Part shown: in pieces, positions 29,564 to 41,722 of the stretch | Layout: every line of letters starts with the position of its first letter | Position numbering within the stretch: the first letter of the stretch is position 1 | Assembly: GCA_963813715.1 (NCBI GenBank) | Contig: CAWFAK010000007.1 | Coordinates: 992,001-1,056,000 of the forward strand | DNA from: an uncultured Planctomycetaceae bacterium | GTDB taxonomy: Bacteria > Planctomycetota > Planctomycetia > Planctomycetales > Planctomycetaceae | Direction: 5' to 3' | DNA: 64,000 bases | Notes under the pieces: generated by a model | Told to the model about the DNA's origin: nothing | What the model saw: the letters and a program-made list of their open reading frames with translations, nothing else | The model's database searches: none | Made by a program: the position numbers and the translations under genes

Positions 29564-31862
29564 CTAAGGGGATTTTGCGGCGGATGCCAGCATTGTTTTG
29601 GCCTCATTGTCGAGGCCGGTCAGCTGGCCCGGGGTGAGATGCTCCTTTTGTTTCCAGGCTTCGGCCTTCCGATAGAACTCTTCGGCCCGCGGTTTGTCGC
29701 CGAGCTTCCACCAGGCCATGGCCGCGTAGTACCAATCGAAGCCGTCGCCGCCATCCCGCAGGATCATCGACTCGTCGAGCGAAGCGACGGCCGACCGAAA
29801 ATCGCCCGCCCGGTATTGGGCGACACCCAACGTGTTCCAGTAATTGGCATTTCGCGGCGACATGTCGACCGCCTTGTGCGCGAGGGCGATCGCTTTTTCC
29901 GGATTCCGGATCTTCGGATCGCGATTGTTCGCGAAGACCCAGGCCATCCAGGCGTGCGGATCGGGGTTGGTCGGATCGACCTCGGCGGCGCGCTGGAGCC
30001 ATTCCAGCTCGTGTGGAACGTCGGACCTGAGTTCGTACTTCGTGCCGCACTCGGTGCAATAAAGCGAGAGTTCGCGCTTGTATTGAGAGTTTTCGGGATG
30101 CCGCTCGACGAGGCGTTTGCTGATTTCGATCGACTTGCCGATCGAGCGGAGCGAGGCTTCGATGTCGCTGAGGCGCGGACTCGGCGCCGGACACGTAGTA
30201 GTGAAGGCCGGCAAGATCGTGCGAAAAACCGGCGACGTCGGGATATTGGTCAGCCAAATCCTGCCAGACGTCGCGACTACGCTGCAGAAGCTCCACTCCG
30301 TCGCTGCGGATTCGACGGGCCGCTCGATTTGCGGTTCACATAGTGCGGAAAGCGAAACAGCCCTCCCCTCAGAGGTTCGAGGTCCGCCAGGCCGGCCCCT
30401 TGTTGCCGCAATTTCTCCAGACCGGCGAGGCCCTGTTCCATCTCGGTCTGGGCCTCGTCGGGCTCGCCGTTGACGAGATGTAACTGCCAAAGACGAAAGT
30501 GCGTGGCCGCGACCTCGGCCGCCAGAGCCGGACTCTCGGCGTTTTGAGCGAGAAACTTCTGATAATAGTCCATCGCCGTCGAGACCAGCTCGCGGCGTAG
30601 CGGCTGCACTCCCGGCTCGTCGAGCAAGGGATTGTCGCTGATCGCGGCGAAGTCATCGACCGCGTGTCGGGCCGCCTGCAGGTTAGTCTCGGCATCGACG
30701 CGAGCGTCGCGCTCGCGATCGCGGGCAGCGGCGATCGTCAACGCATCGTACGTCATCACAATGGCAAGCGAGATCGGAACGAACAGAGCCAGGCCGATCG
30801 CCGCAGCCTGCCATGGCTTCCGCTGACACCAGCGCCAAATCCGCTTGGGCCGGCTGGTCCTGCGAGCATAGATCGGTTCCAACCGCAGCCAGCGGTGCAA
30901 ATCATCGGCGAATTCCTGCGCCGTCTGGTAACGGCGAGAGCGTCCTTGTCGATCGCCTTGAGGCAGATCGTCTCCAGGTCGGCCGGGATATAGTTGTTGA
31001 AACTGCGGGGGTTGCGGGGCTCTTCGTTCATCACCCGCTGGATCAGCATCTGGATGTTGCCCCCGAACGGCCGCTCCCCCGTCAACAGCTCAAAGAGCAC
31101 GATGCCCAAGCTGTAGATGTCGCTGCGGCGATCGAGTTCGTGCGAGTTGCCGGCCGCCTGCTCGGGGCTCATGTAGGCCGGCGTTCCGAGAATCTGCCCC
31201 TCCATCGTCAGCGTGACATCGCACTCGGGCCGCAGCGCCAGTCCAAAATCCAGAATTCGCGGCCGGGCGTTCTGGTCAATGATGATGTTCGACGGCTTGA
31301 TGTCGCGATGGACGACGTTGCGCTGGTGGGCGTACTCGAGTCCCTCGGCAACCGCCGCCACAAGCAGCGCCGACTCGCGAAGGGCAAAACGCCGCTGGTT
31401 CATCAGCTTGTCGAGCGATGACCCCAGGACCAGTTCGCTCACAATGCAGGTGCGACCGTCGACCTTGCAAAGATCGAAGATCGGCACGATGGCCGGATGG
31501 TGCAGCTGGGAGGCGCTGCGTGCTTCGCGGGTGAATCGTTGGAATTCGGTCGCGGTCTCCGGGAGCTCTCGTCGCGGCACTTTGAGGGCCACCATCCGGT
31601 CGAGATCCGGGTCGTAGGCCGCGAATACGGTGCCGAAGCCGCCTCGCCCGATCCGATTGATAACCCGAAATCGCCCGACGTTTTTCAGCTCGTCACCAGG
31701 CGACGCGGGCCCTGCGAACTCGGCTGGAACCGGGCCGGTTGGGGCGGTCACATCCTGCTGGAATGCGATGGTCAGGTCGCACTTGGGACAGCGGCTGACC
31801 TGGCCGAATCCCTCCGACGGGATCTCCAGGGGGCTCAAGCACCTGGGGCAGAGCGCTTGCAT
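29564..31862 (-). CDS. Ser/Thr kinase with N-terminal Zn ribbon, TM segment and C-terminal TPRs (frameshifts ~30940, ~30290, ~30190)
   Basis: CPRC...[53 protein letters not shown]. Confidence 0.88.
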
Positions 31863-32313
31863 CAATCTCTCCAGCGGTGAATGGTCGCGCCGACCAAAAG
31901 GCGACGTTCACAATCAGGAGCGAGCGAGATGGTTTTTGCTGCCAGCGGAATGCGTTCGCGTGGCCGTCGAATGCCGCTCTGAGGATTGACGTGCCGGGAG
32001 AGGCGCCCGGGCGGCAAACGAGGATCACTTCAAAGGAAGCACCTTGTGCGGCGCGCCGCCGCAACAGCAGGAGTCAGCATAGCCAGATTGCGGTCGCCCA
32101 TTCCAGTCCCGTCAGCCGACAGGGGCGAATGCGCAGGATTCAGGCCGAAGGACTCGCCTCGCTTCACGTCTTTTTTCGCAAATCGGCGCTCGATCTTGTT
32201 CTCACGGCGCGATAGAACGAAACACGACACCAATGGATCTGACGAGTGGAGGAAAGGAGCATTTCACCCCGAGAATTATTTCACGACCTTCAACTGCAGT
32301 GAAAGGCCCAGCG

Positions 32314-32538
32314 ATGGCAAAGAGAAAGGCGGCATCGAAAAAGGCGGCGGCACCAAAGAACCCAAAAGCGGTCACGGCCCTGCCCCAGGACGTGGTCTTA
32401 GTCTACGTTCCCGACGCGATCTACAATCTCGGCGGCAACATGCAGCAGATGATCGGCGCGATGAACTCTCTCTGGGCCAAATCGTTCGGCGTAAAGCACG
32501 TGTGGGTGGATAACAACAGTACCTGGCCCAACCTGTAG
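32314..32538 (+). CDS. Lys-rich, Trp-rich small protein P2 (74 aa), paralog of P1
   Basis: GAAAGG RBS; MAKRKAASKK...DVVLVYVPDAI...IGAMNSLWAKSFGVKHVWVDNNSTWPNL. Confidence 0.75.
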   Translation: MAKRKAASKKAAAPKNPKAVTALPQDVVLVYVPDAIYNLGGNMQQMIGAMNSLWAKSFGVKHVWVDNNSTWPNL

Positions 32539-32625
32539 TTGCGCACGTCACGCGTGCGTTCTTCGCACACCCCCGCAAAGATTTGACAGCCGCAAGTCAC
32601 CCGTGGATGATGGCTCGGGTGCAGT

Positions 32626-34308
32626 TTGCCTCTGCCTCCGAGCCTTCATTTGCCGGGAGCGGCGACCATTCAATCCAACCGTCGAGGATTCTTGCAGAGC
32701 AGTTTGCTGGGTGCGGCGGCCGCGTTGCCGCTGGGCGCCTCGGCCGAGACGAAGGGCGGAGCGAGTCGCCCAGCGGACAAGTCGGCCGACCGTGTCGAGC
32801 CCTTCGAGTTGGACGAGCTGACGATCGCCGATTTGCAGCAGGCGATGCAATCCGGCAAAGAGAGCGCGCGTTCGCTCGTCAAGAAATACCAGGCGCGAAT
32901 CGAGGCCGTCGACCGCAAAGGCCCCGCGCTCAACAGCGTGATCGAAGTCAATCCGGACGCGCTCGAGATCGCCGAGGCGCTCGACCGGGAACGCTCGGCG
33001 AAGGGAGCGCGGGGTCCGCTGCACGGAATTCCCGTCCTGATCAAGGACAATATCGACACCGCGGATCGGATGCATACGACCGCGGGCTCGCTCGCGCTCG
33101 TCGACGCCCGTCCGCCGGAGGATGCGTTTCTCGTGCGGCGTCTGCGCGAAGCCGGCGCCGTCATCCTGGGCAAAACGAACCTGAGCGAGTGGGCCAACAT
33201 CCGCTGTAGCTATTCGACCAGCGGTTGGAGCGGCCGCGGCGGGCTGACCAAGAATCCCTACGCGCTCGACCGCAATCCGTGCGGGTCGAGCTCCGGCTCC
33301 GGAGCGGCCGTGGCCGCCAGTCTGTGTGCCGTGGCTGTCGGGACCGAAACCGATGGATCGGTCGTCAGCCCCTCCTCGGCCAACGGTATCGTCGGCATGA
33401 AGCCGACGGTCGGCCTGGTGAGTCGCACCGGTGTGATTCCCATTTCCTACTCGCAAGACACGGCCGGCCCGATGTGCCGCACCGTCCGCGACGTGGCCAT
33501 TCTGCTCGGCGCACTGGCCGGCAGCGATCCGGCCGACAAGGCGACCACGGACGACAAGCGCAAGGCTCTGGCCGACTACTCGAAGGCTCTCGATCCTCGC
33601 GGTCTCAAGGGAGCGAGGATCGGCGTCGCGCGGAACTATTTTGGTTTCGACGACACGGTGGACGCGGTCCTCGGCCACTCGCTCGATGCCCTGAAACACG
33701 AAGGCGCGACGCTCGTCGATCCGGCCGAGATTCCCAACATGGATAAGGTCGGCGAATCGGAACTGACCGTCCACCTGTACGAGTTGAAGTCCGGCCTCGC
33801 CAACTATTTCGCCCGGCTCGGTAAGCACGCGCCGATGAAGTCCTTGAAAGACGTGATCGAATTCAACGAGAAGCACAAATCTCACGAGATGCCCTATTTC
33901 GGACAGGACTTGTTCGAGAAGTCGGTGAAGAAGGGCTCGCTGCAAAGCTACGAATATCAGGAGGCCCTGGCCCGCTGCCGCCGCCTGGCGCGCACCGAGG
34001 GGATCGACGCGACGATGGACAAGTTCAAGCTCGATGCGTTCGTCGCGCCGACGCTCGGACCGGCCTGCCTCACCGACCTGGTCGTCGGCGATCGCTGGCG
34101 TGGCGAGGCGTCGACGGCGGCCGCGGTTTCCGGTTACCCGAGCATTACCGTCCCGGCGGGATTTATCTTCGGCTTGCCGATCGGCCTGCTCTTTTTCGGC
34201 CGGGCCTGGAGCGAAGCGACGCTCCTCAAGCTGGCGTACGCCTTCGAGCAAGCGACCAAAATCCGCAAGCCCCCGCGGTTCTTGCCCTCGGCCGAGCTGA
34301 CCGCCTAA
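32626..34308 (+). CDS. Amidase-signature family enzyme with Tat-like signal (start uncertain)
   Basis: SNRRGFLQ; GPLHGIPVLIKDNI, GKTNLSEWAN, GSSSGS, GTETDGSVVSPS. Confidence 0.92.
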   Translation: MPLPPSLHLPGAATIQSNRRGFLQSSLLGAAAALPLGASAETKGGASRPADKSADRVEPFELDELTIADLQQAMQSGKESARSLVKKYQARIEAVDRKGPALNSVIEVNPDALEIAEALDRERSAKGARGPLHGIPVLIKDNIDTADRMHTTAGSLALVDARPPEDAFLVRRLREAGAVILGKTNLSEWANIRCSYSTSGWSGRGGLTKNPYALDRNPCGSSSGSGAAVAASLCAVAVGTETDGSVVSPSSANGIVGMKPTVGLVSRTGVIPISYSQDTAGPMCRTVRDVAILLGALAGSDPADKATTDDKRKALADYSKALDPRGLKGARIGVARNYFGFDDTVDAVLGHSLDALKHEGATLVDPAEIPNMDKVGESELTVHLYELKSGLANYFARLGKHAPMKSLKDVIEFNEKHKSHEMPYFGQDLFEKSVKKGSLQSYEYQEALARCRRLARTEGIDATMDKFKLDAFVAPTLGPACLTDLVVGDRWRGEASTAAAVSGYPSITVPAGFIFGLPIGLLFFGRAWSEATLLKLAYAFEQATKIRKPPRFLPSAELTA

Positions 34309-34467
34309 GGCGGCGCGAGTCGCGATTTTGTCCGAAATGTCGCACGGGGAACTGCCTTCGCGGAAACAAACGGCAACGGGCCACGCGTCTTAATTGTCGG
34401 CGAAATCATCCCGTTATCGCGGCGCGGGAGACTGCTAAGCCAGACTCCCGGTGATGGAGCGGTTGTT

Positions 34468-36592
34468 ATGTCGAGGCTCCGTGCGGTTTCGTTTCTCGTC
34501 GCCTTAATTCGTTCTGCCGTGATCCGCTGTGCTCTGATCCCGTGTGCCCTGGTTTCGTGCGCTTTGATCTTGGCGGCCGGCCGGGCGCAAGCGGCTGACC
34601 CGCCGGCTCCTCCGGGCGGCGCACGGCTCACCTTTCGCTTCAAATCGGCCAATCCGCCCATTCGCACGGGCGCCCCCTTCTCCGTCGACTATGTCTTCAA
34701 TTCGACCTTTGCCGACGTGCTTACAGGCGAGCTCGAGATCGAGTTCGTGGAAGATGACCGCATTAACCTGCGCCTGCGCACCGACCCGATCGCCGTCGCG
34801 AGCGGAAAGAACTCTTATCATCTGCTCCTGCCGCCGACTGCCGCCCGTCGCGATGCGGCGGCCTTTTCCGTGCGAGCTCGGTTCCATTCGTCGAAAGGCG
34901 TGTTCGATCTCGGCAAGCACGACCTGCTGGTGCCGATGCACGATGCCCGCCAATTCTTGATCGCCGCTCCCAATCTCTCGCGGAACACCGTCGCGCGATT
35001 AGCCGCCCAGCTACGGCTCGACGCCTTTCGGCCCACGGATAACAACCTCCACCGAGCCGATTTGTTGACACTCCCCACCGAGGTCGACCTTCCGAATATG
35101 CCCATGCAGGCACTTGGCCTTTACCCATTCGACCTGCTGCTCTTAGCGGAGGACGGGTTCAGCCGCCTGTCGGCCCGGCAGCTCGAGGCGGTCTCCGAAT
35201 GGGTGGAGCAAGGAGGCCGCGCCGTGATCGTCCCGACCGGCGTACTGACGCCCGCGCACACGAGCTTCCTTGACCGAATCACGAGCCACGCCGCCGCTCC
35301 GGGAAGCTTCAACCTGGACCCGCTCGGTCATCTCGAAATCGACGAGACCGTGTCGAAGGCGTCGATTCTTCGCTGTCGTTTTGGATTCGGACGCGCGCTG
35401 GTCTTGCGCGCCATGCCCGAGATCAAGGAAGACGGCAGCATGAACGGAATCAGCGCCCCCGAGTGGACGCGGGCGGTCTGCTACATCTGGAACGTTGACC
35501 CAAGGCAGACGCAGAACATTCTGAATACTGGGATTTGGATCCCGCCGCCCAAGCCCAAGTATGAACTCGACCTCAGCCCCTTGCGGCCCCTCGAATTCGC
35601 GACAGCCAGCAGCCTGCGACAGCTGCTGTTCCCCCGGACAGTGCGAGTGATGCCCTTTGGCGTCGTCGCCACGATCCTGGCATTGTTTCTCCTGGCGATC
35701 GCGCCGGGCGATTATTACCTCTATGGACTGCTCCGCCGCTGGCCGATTCGGTGGATCGCCTTTCCCGCCACGTGCCTGGCTTTCACGCTGGGCACTGTCT
35801 GGATCGCGGGAAACTACACCGGCCGGGTCGATCATCGCACCGAGCTGGTGATTGTCGACCTGGGCGAAGACGGCAAGCCGCTACGGACGTCACGCATCGA
35901 GCACGTATTGACGGCCCAGACGCGGCCGGTGTCACTCGAGCTGCACAACACTCTCTTTGCCCTGACCGACGTACAACCGTCGACGACTCCGACTCAACGG
36001 GACGAATTCGGACGTCCCCAGCCGACGAACCTCGACGACGATCTCGATCTGCGCGAATCGTTCACCGTTCCGAGCTACGCGGGAACGTTGCCGTCCAACT
36101 TCTCGGTCACGCGGCCGTCCCGTCAGTGGTCACCCAGCATGCACCGCGTGACGCGACCCGGCGCGGATGTGACCGTCCCGCCGATCGCCTGGTCGGAACT
36201 TGATTCCGTCGATTTGTCCTCCGATCGCGGCCGGAAGCAACTGCTCGACTCGGTGCGGCGGGCGGCACCGGAATGCGATGTGTTTTTGGAAAGCTCCGAG
36301 CGAGTGTATGCCTCCCTCGGCAGTGGACCTTTTCTGGAACGCAGCTGGCACCGCGAGGGCTGGGAAGGCGTGCTGAAGACTTTGGCCCGGCGCGGCGAGG
36401 GGGGGCTGTTCTCGATCATTTCGCACGTGGCGCCCAGCGGTGCTGGCGATCTGGAGGATCTCGCCGTCCTCGGTCCCGATCCGCCTGACCATTGGCTGCT
36501 GCAGGTGGCTCTCCATCAGAGACAATGGCCTGGTGGTCTTCCGCAAGATGTTCCATCCGAAATTGAAGCCTCAATCGGGACGCGACCGATGA
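34468..36592 (+). CDS. Exported/membrane protein associated with the ABC module (frameshift ~36520)
   Basis: Signal peptide; GATase-like segment DLLLL...VSEWVEQGG; two TM segments. Corrected stop overlaps the ATPase ATG. Confidence 0.7.
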
Positions 36593-37546
36593 CCGAGCTG
36601 ACGAAAACTCCTGTCCCGATGGTCGACATCCGCAACTTATGGATCAAGTATGGATCGTTCATCGCCGTGCGGGGCATCTCCTTCAAGATTCCACGAGGCG
36701 AAGTTTTCGGTTTCATCGGACCCAACGGCGCCGGCAAGTCCTCCACGATCCGCGTGCTCGCCACGCTGCAGCAGCCGAACGCGGGCTACGCGCTGGTCGA
36801 CGGCGTGGAGGTGCGGCAGGACCCGATGAAGATCCGCCGCAAGATGGGCTACATGCCCGATTCGTTCGGCCTCTACGAAGGGCTGACCGTCCGCGAATAC
36901 CTCCATTTCTTCGCGGCCGCCTACGACACTCCCGAGGAGCGGCGCGATCGCCTCGTCGACGACGTGCTTGGCACTCACCGACTTGAGGTTCAAGCTCGAT
37001 TCGCAGGTCGACGGCCTGTCGCGCGGTATGAAGCAGCGGCTGGGACTGGCGCGCGTGCTGCTGCACGACCCGGAGCTATTGCTGCTCGACGAGCCGGCCA
37101 GCGGCCTCGATCCGCGGGCCCGCATCGAAGTCCGGGAGATCCTCAAAGAACTTTCGCGGATGGGCAAGACGATTCTGATCTCCAGCCACATCCTGCATGA
37201 GCTGTCGCAACTGTGTACGCGGATCGGCATCCTCGAGGCCGGGACGCTATTGACCGAAGGCTCGCTCGAGGAGATCTACCATCGCCTCGGCCTGATGCAG
37301 CTTGTCCATGTGCAGGTGGTCAGCGGCCCGCAGGAACTGGCCGCGCACCTGGGCAGCATCAACGGGGTGGAATCAGTGGAAGTGCAGGCCGATCGCCTGT
37401 CGATCCGCGTCCGCGCCGAATTGCTTCCGCCCGAGGACCTGCTCGATCACATTCGCGCGTTCGGCGCGCGGGTGCGCATGTTCCAGCCGGAGGCCATGGA
37501 ACTGGAGACAGCCTTCATGAAGTTGACCCAGGGGACGACGGCGTGA
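36589..37546 (+). CDS. ABC transporter ATP-binding protein (frameshift ~36970)
   Basis: GPNGAGKS, LSRGMKQR, LLLLDEPASGLD, SSH. Confidence 0.93.
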
Positions 37547-37567
37547 ACCGGCTGTCGGAATAGAGCG

Positions 37568-39288
37568 ATGAACCGCCGACTCAAGTTGCCGCGAATGCCG
37601 CGCCTGCCGATCCTGTCCAAGGATCTGCTGGAGCGGGCCTCGCGGAAGCGGACGTACGTCATCCGCTTCCTCTACGGCTTGGCGCTGTTCGTCGCCGCCT
37701 GCACGTTGTTCTACGGAAATATCGGCGTGTCGGCCGAGGCCGGCGAAGCGCTGGGCGCGGAGCGGCCCATTTTCGCTGGCTGCTGGGCTTTCAGCTGGTT
37801 GCGCTCTATGTGTTGGTGCCTATCATCACGGCCGAGGCCATCGCCGGCGAAAAGCAGCGAGACACCCTGGCCCTGTTGCTGGTCACGACGCTGACGCCCC
37901 GGCAAATCATTCTGCAGAAGTTCGTCGCCCGCATGGCGTCGGTGCTGAGCTTTGTCTGCCTGTCGTTCCCCCTGTTGGCAATCACCTACACGTTCGGCGG
38001 CGTGACCCCCGCGGAGCTCGTCGACGGGATGATTCTGTTGGTGATCGTCTGTCTGCATTTAGGCGCAGTGGCCATTGCTTGCTCGGCCTATTTCCAGACG
38101 ACGGCCCAGGCTCTCGCGGCCACTTACATCGCCAGCATCTCCTTTCGCTTCTGCTGTTTTGGCGGCATGGGGAGCCCGTCGGGCCCGGGCAACGTGGTCG
38201 GCTCGATCTTGGCGCTGATCTCCATCTTTGTCTGCCTCATGATGGCGGGGCAGTTTCTGGTGGACCGCGCCTTTGTGCAATCGCGGAATTATCTGCTCGA
38301 ATGCTTTCGCGCCCTCGACCGGGTCTTCGAGCAGATGAACGTGGTGACCGGCGGCGTGGTGCTCGTCCGCGATCGCGGGTTCTTGCCGCGGAATGCCCCG
38401 ATCCGCTGGCGTGAAACGCGGAAAAAATCGCTCGGCACCTTCCGATACTTGTTTCGCGTCCTGGCGTTGCTCGAAACCCCGATCATTTATTACGTCCAGC
38501 TGGTTCGCCTCACGCCCGGCTCCCGTGTTGGTGACTACGGGCTCACGAAGCTCTTGTACGGGCTCTGGCTCGTGGCCGCGCCGCTCGTGGCCGTGCATGC
38601 CGCCAGCGTGATTTCGGAAGAGCGGTCGCGCCAAACGCTCAGCGTGCTGCTGACGACTCCCCTCTCCTCGATGCGGATTCTCGAGGAGAAGCTCTCGGGC
38701 GTGCGGCGACTGTCCGCCGTGCTGATGGTCCCCTTCGCCAGCATCTTTCTCTTCGTCACGTGGTGGAATTCGCGTCCTTCGGTCGATTATCTCGTGCTCT
38801 CCGCACTGACCGTGGTGACTTATCTGACGCTCATCCAGTGGACGTCGCTGGCGATCGGCCTGCGGTTCCCCAACCAGCTGACGGCCATCGTCGGCGCTGC
38901 GGGGTTGCTCGGCCTGTGGGTCGGCGGCTTGCAGGCCGGCGCGCCCCTGTTGAATTACTTGAATATCGACGCCCGCGGATTGGCCGAGGCGTGTCGCACG
39001 CTCAGCCCGATCGACATGATCACCCGCACGCAAAGTTCCGCCGAGACGGGGCTCGGCCCCAAATGGCCCTCTCCGTGGGAAGCGTCCCGGCTGGCAACGA
39101 TCGCGCACTTCAGTTTCTACGTGGCCTTGGGGCTGGTCATCCAGCTCTGGTGTCGGCTGAATGCCGATCGTTACCTCGGCCGCATTCCCCAGCCCGGTTC
39201 CCCCGCCATCCGCTGGCTGCCGTGGACGTCGCGTGACTCCTCGGACGTCGTGCCGGCCGGTCTCGATCTCAACCCTGAGCACGGGTGA
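37568..39288 (+). CDS. ABC-2-type permease with duplicated domains (frameshift ~37760)
   Basis: AIAGEKQRDTLALLLVT and VISEERSRQTLSVLLTT motifs; many TM segments. Confidence 0.85.
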
Positions 39289-39453
39289 ACCGATTACGGT
39301 TGCCGACCCGATCACGGTTGTTGAACGACCGACCGCCGAGGGGATTGTCCGGCTCGCGGACCGTCGGTAGAGTTGGCCTCGACTGGGGCAATCGCGCGGG
39401 CGTCGCGCGGCCGCAGGCTCTCCAGCAGGCTGCCTAAATAGGGGACATCGACC

Positions 39454-39754
39454 ATGTACGACATGAAGAACCTGACCAAGCTCAAGAAGATCGGCGAGTT
39501 GGCCCCCGAGGCCTTCAAGGGGTTCATGGCCTTCGACGAGGCGGCCTTCAAGGACGGAGCGATCCCCCTCAAATATAAGGAGATGATCGCAGTTGCCGTG
39601 GCACTCACGACCCAATGCCCTTACTGCATCGAGATTCATGCCAAGCGGGCGAAGAAGGCCGGCGTCACCGAGCAGGAACTGGCGGAAACCACGCTGGTGG
39701 CGGCCGCGCTTCGCCGGCGGGGCGCTCACGCACGGCACGCACACCATCGACTGA
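39454..39754 (+). CDS. Carboxymuconolactone decarboxylase/AhpD-family protein (frameshift ~39715)
   Basis: KYKEMIAVAVALTTQCPYCIEIH. Confidence 0.9.
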
Positions 39755-39772
39755 CTCCGCGTCCGGTGCCTT

Positions 39773-41722
39773 TCACGCCGTCGGCTCGTCTTCGTTGACG
39801 ACTTTGGGGGACGGCTTGAGGTCGAACTGGCCGATCTTCTCGGCCGTCACGACCCTGAGCAGCGTGCCGACAATCCCGGCGTCCTGATCGTTGCCGGAGG
39901 TGAAGACCTGTCGCGGCACGATCGGCTGCCGGCTCTTGGACAAGAACTCCGAAATCACGGAGAGCGCGTAGAGTCGCGGGTCGCCGAACGAGGCCACTTT
40001 CTTCAACAGCACCTCGGCCTCGGCCTGGCCGATCCGCGCGACGCGTTCGCCCTCGCCTTGTCCCTCGAGCGCCCGCCGCTTGGACTCGGCCTCCGCGATA
40101 ATGATTGTCTGCTCCGCCTCCTTTTTCGATTTCGACAGGTTGGCCTCCGCCTGGTTCGTAATCACGTTGATCCGCACCTGCGACTGCGACAGCTCAACCT
40201 GCATGTCGGCTTTGGCGCGGGCGTCGTTGAGTTCCTGCTGCTTCGCGGCCGCTTGTTGTTGACGCGCGAACGTCTCGATTTGCTCGGTTGCCAGTTGCCG
40301 CTGCCGGAGTTGGTCGAGCAAATCCTCGATTTTGCCGTCGGCCGAGGCTGTCTCCGGCTTGCCGATCAGCACGTCGACGCACTCAATGTCGAAGGCGAGG
40401 AACTTCCGTTTGAGCTCTGCGCGGGCCTCCTGCTGGATGACATCGCGTTCGTGGATCAACTCCAGCATCGACCGACGATGGGCAATGTCGCGGAAGTAGG
40501 CCGACAACATCGGGTCGAGCGTCTGCGTGATCAGCTGCTTGACGTCGCCAAACCGCTGGATGACGCTGGGGGCCTTCTCATAGTCGATGTGCACCACCAC
40601 GCTTAAGGGCAGCGTCGGCTCGTAGGCGTCCTTGGTGACGAGGTCGATCGAACGCAGGCTTTCGTCATAGCGGTGTCCCTCCGATTTGCCCGTGATCCAG
40701 TGGAGGACGAAGTTCGTCGTCGGCACCAGCACCACCGAGCCGGCGTACGTATTAAACGGATACTTGCCCGGGCCCAGCGGCTTGGCCCGCACGCCGCGCT
40801 CACCTTCCTGCACGCGCTCACCGTGCCGAAAGTCAATTCCGGACAGGTCGTGCCCCTGCAGCCCGTAGTAGGAGACCACGACGCCGACAAAGCCGATCGG
40901 GACAATCTTCTTGTCGATCAACTCAATCGTCGCGAACCAGCGGTTGATGAAATACGTGCCGTCGATGAGCGGCGCATATTGTCGACCGCGGCAGCCGCCT
41001 GCCCGCAGGAACGCCTCTGGGTCCTGGTAGTTGTTGTGAAAATTCGGATCGTCTTTGCTCAAGCCGACCGGCGGCGCGATGATCTCGCTCGACGTCAGTG
41101 ACGGTCCGTCATGGCACGTCACAATGCCGATGTTGTCCTGCTGCGCACCGATGACGACGGGAGAGAATCCGTCGACTGACTTCAGTACCGTCTGCCAGCT
41201 CTCGAGCGTGCCTCGGTCCTGTCCCAGGTGATAGACACCGTCCTGCGTGAGCACGTAGAACTGGGCCAGGTTGATGGCATACACGCCTTCGCGGAGGATC
41301 ATCCGCTGACGGCCCTTCTGGCCGCCGTTCTTGAAGAACAGCGCGGCATCCTGAAAGTTATTACAGTCGACAACGCGTCCGAGCGTCTGGCCCGATTCGA
41401 GCGGCAGACCGTCCCGCGCAAAGACGTAGCCGATGCAGCCCTGCTTGATGGTGACGAGCGGCAGCTTGTGGACGCGGTACTGCCAGCGCCAGTAACCGAC
41501 ATGCAACCCACCGCGCAAGAGCCCCGCCTGGTAGCCGGCCCGGCCGTCGGTCGCGATGAGGTGTCCGCCGCCGAGCGAACCACTGGCCGACCAGAGCTTT
41601 TCCACAATGCCGACGCAGCTGTTGGGAATTTGGCGCACCGCGCAGGCACTAAAGAGTATCGCGGCCGCCGGAAGTCCCGCTGCCGTACCGAGAAGCACCC
41701 AGGTCCAAAATGAAGAGTTCAT
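39773..41722 (-). CDS. SPFH/band 7/flotillin-family membrane protein
   Basis: N-terminal TM segment; repeated GxxGRQ/PGKY units; TKDAYEPTLPLSVVVHID; coiled C-terminus with EAE/GEGE motifs. Confidence 0.85.
   Translation of the reverse strand: MNSSFWTWVLLGTAAGLPAAAILFSACAVRQIPNSCVGIVEKLWSASGSLGGGHLIATDGRAGYQAGLLRGGLHVGYWRWQYRVHKLPLVTIKQGCIGYVFARDGLPLESGQTLGRVVDCNNFQDAALFFKNGGQKGRQRMILREGVYAINLAQFYVLTQDGVYHLGQDRGTLESWQTVLKSVDGFSPVVIGAQQDNIGIVTCHDGPSLTSSEIIAPPVGLSKDDPNFHNNYQDPEAFLRAGGCRGRQYAPLIDGTYFINRWFATIELIDKKIVPIGFVGVVVSYYGLQGHDLSGIDFRHGERVQEGERGVRAKPLGPGKYPFNTYAGSVVLVPTTNFVLHWITGKSEGHRYDESLRSIDLVTKDAYEPTLPLSVVVHIDYEKAPSVIQRFGDVKQLITQTLDPMLSAYFRDIAHRRSMLELIHERDVIQQEARAELKRKFLAFDIECVDVLIGKPETASADGKIEDLLDQLRQRQLATEQIETFARQQQAAAKQQELNDARAKADMQVELSQSQVRINVITNQAEANLSKSKKEAEQTIIIAEAESKRRALEGQGEGERVARIGQAEAEVLLKKVASFGDPRLYALSVISEFLSKSRQPIVPRQVFTSGNDQDAGIVGTLLRVVTAEKIGQFDLKPSPKVVNEDEPTA

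Noticed and set aside
32461..32490. WAKSF in P2 resembles the darobactin core end WSKSF
   Set aside because: The first Trp of WNWSKSF is missing, the motif lies inside the domain shared with P1, and no dar-type transporter layout is present; not called darobactin.
34468..37200. Membrane protein-ABC ATPase fusion
   Set aside because: Explained by an indel near 36520; the corrected frame stops at an ATGA overlap with the ATPase start.
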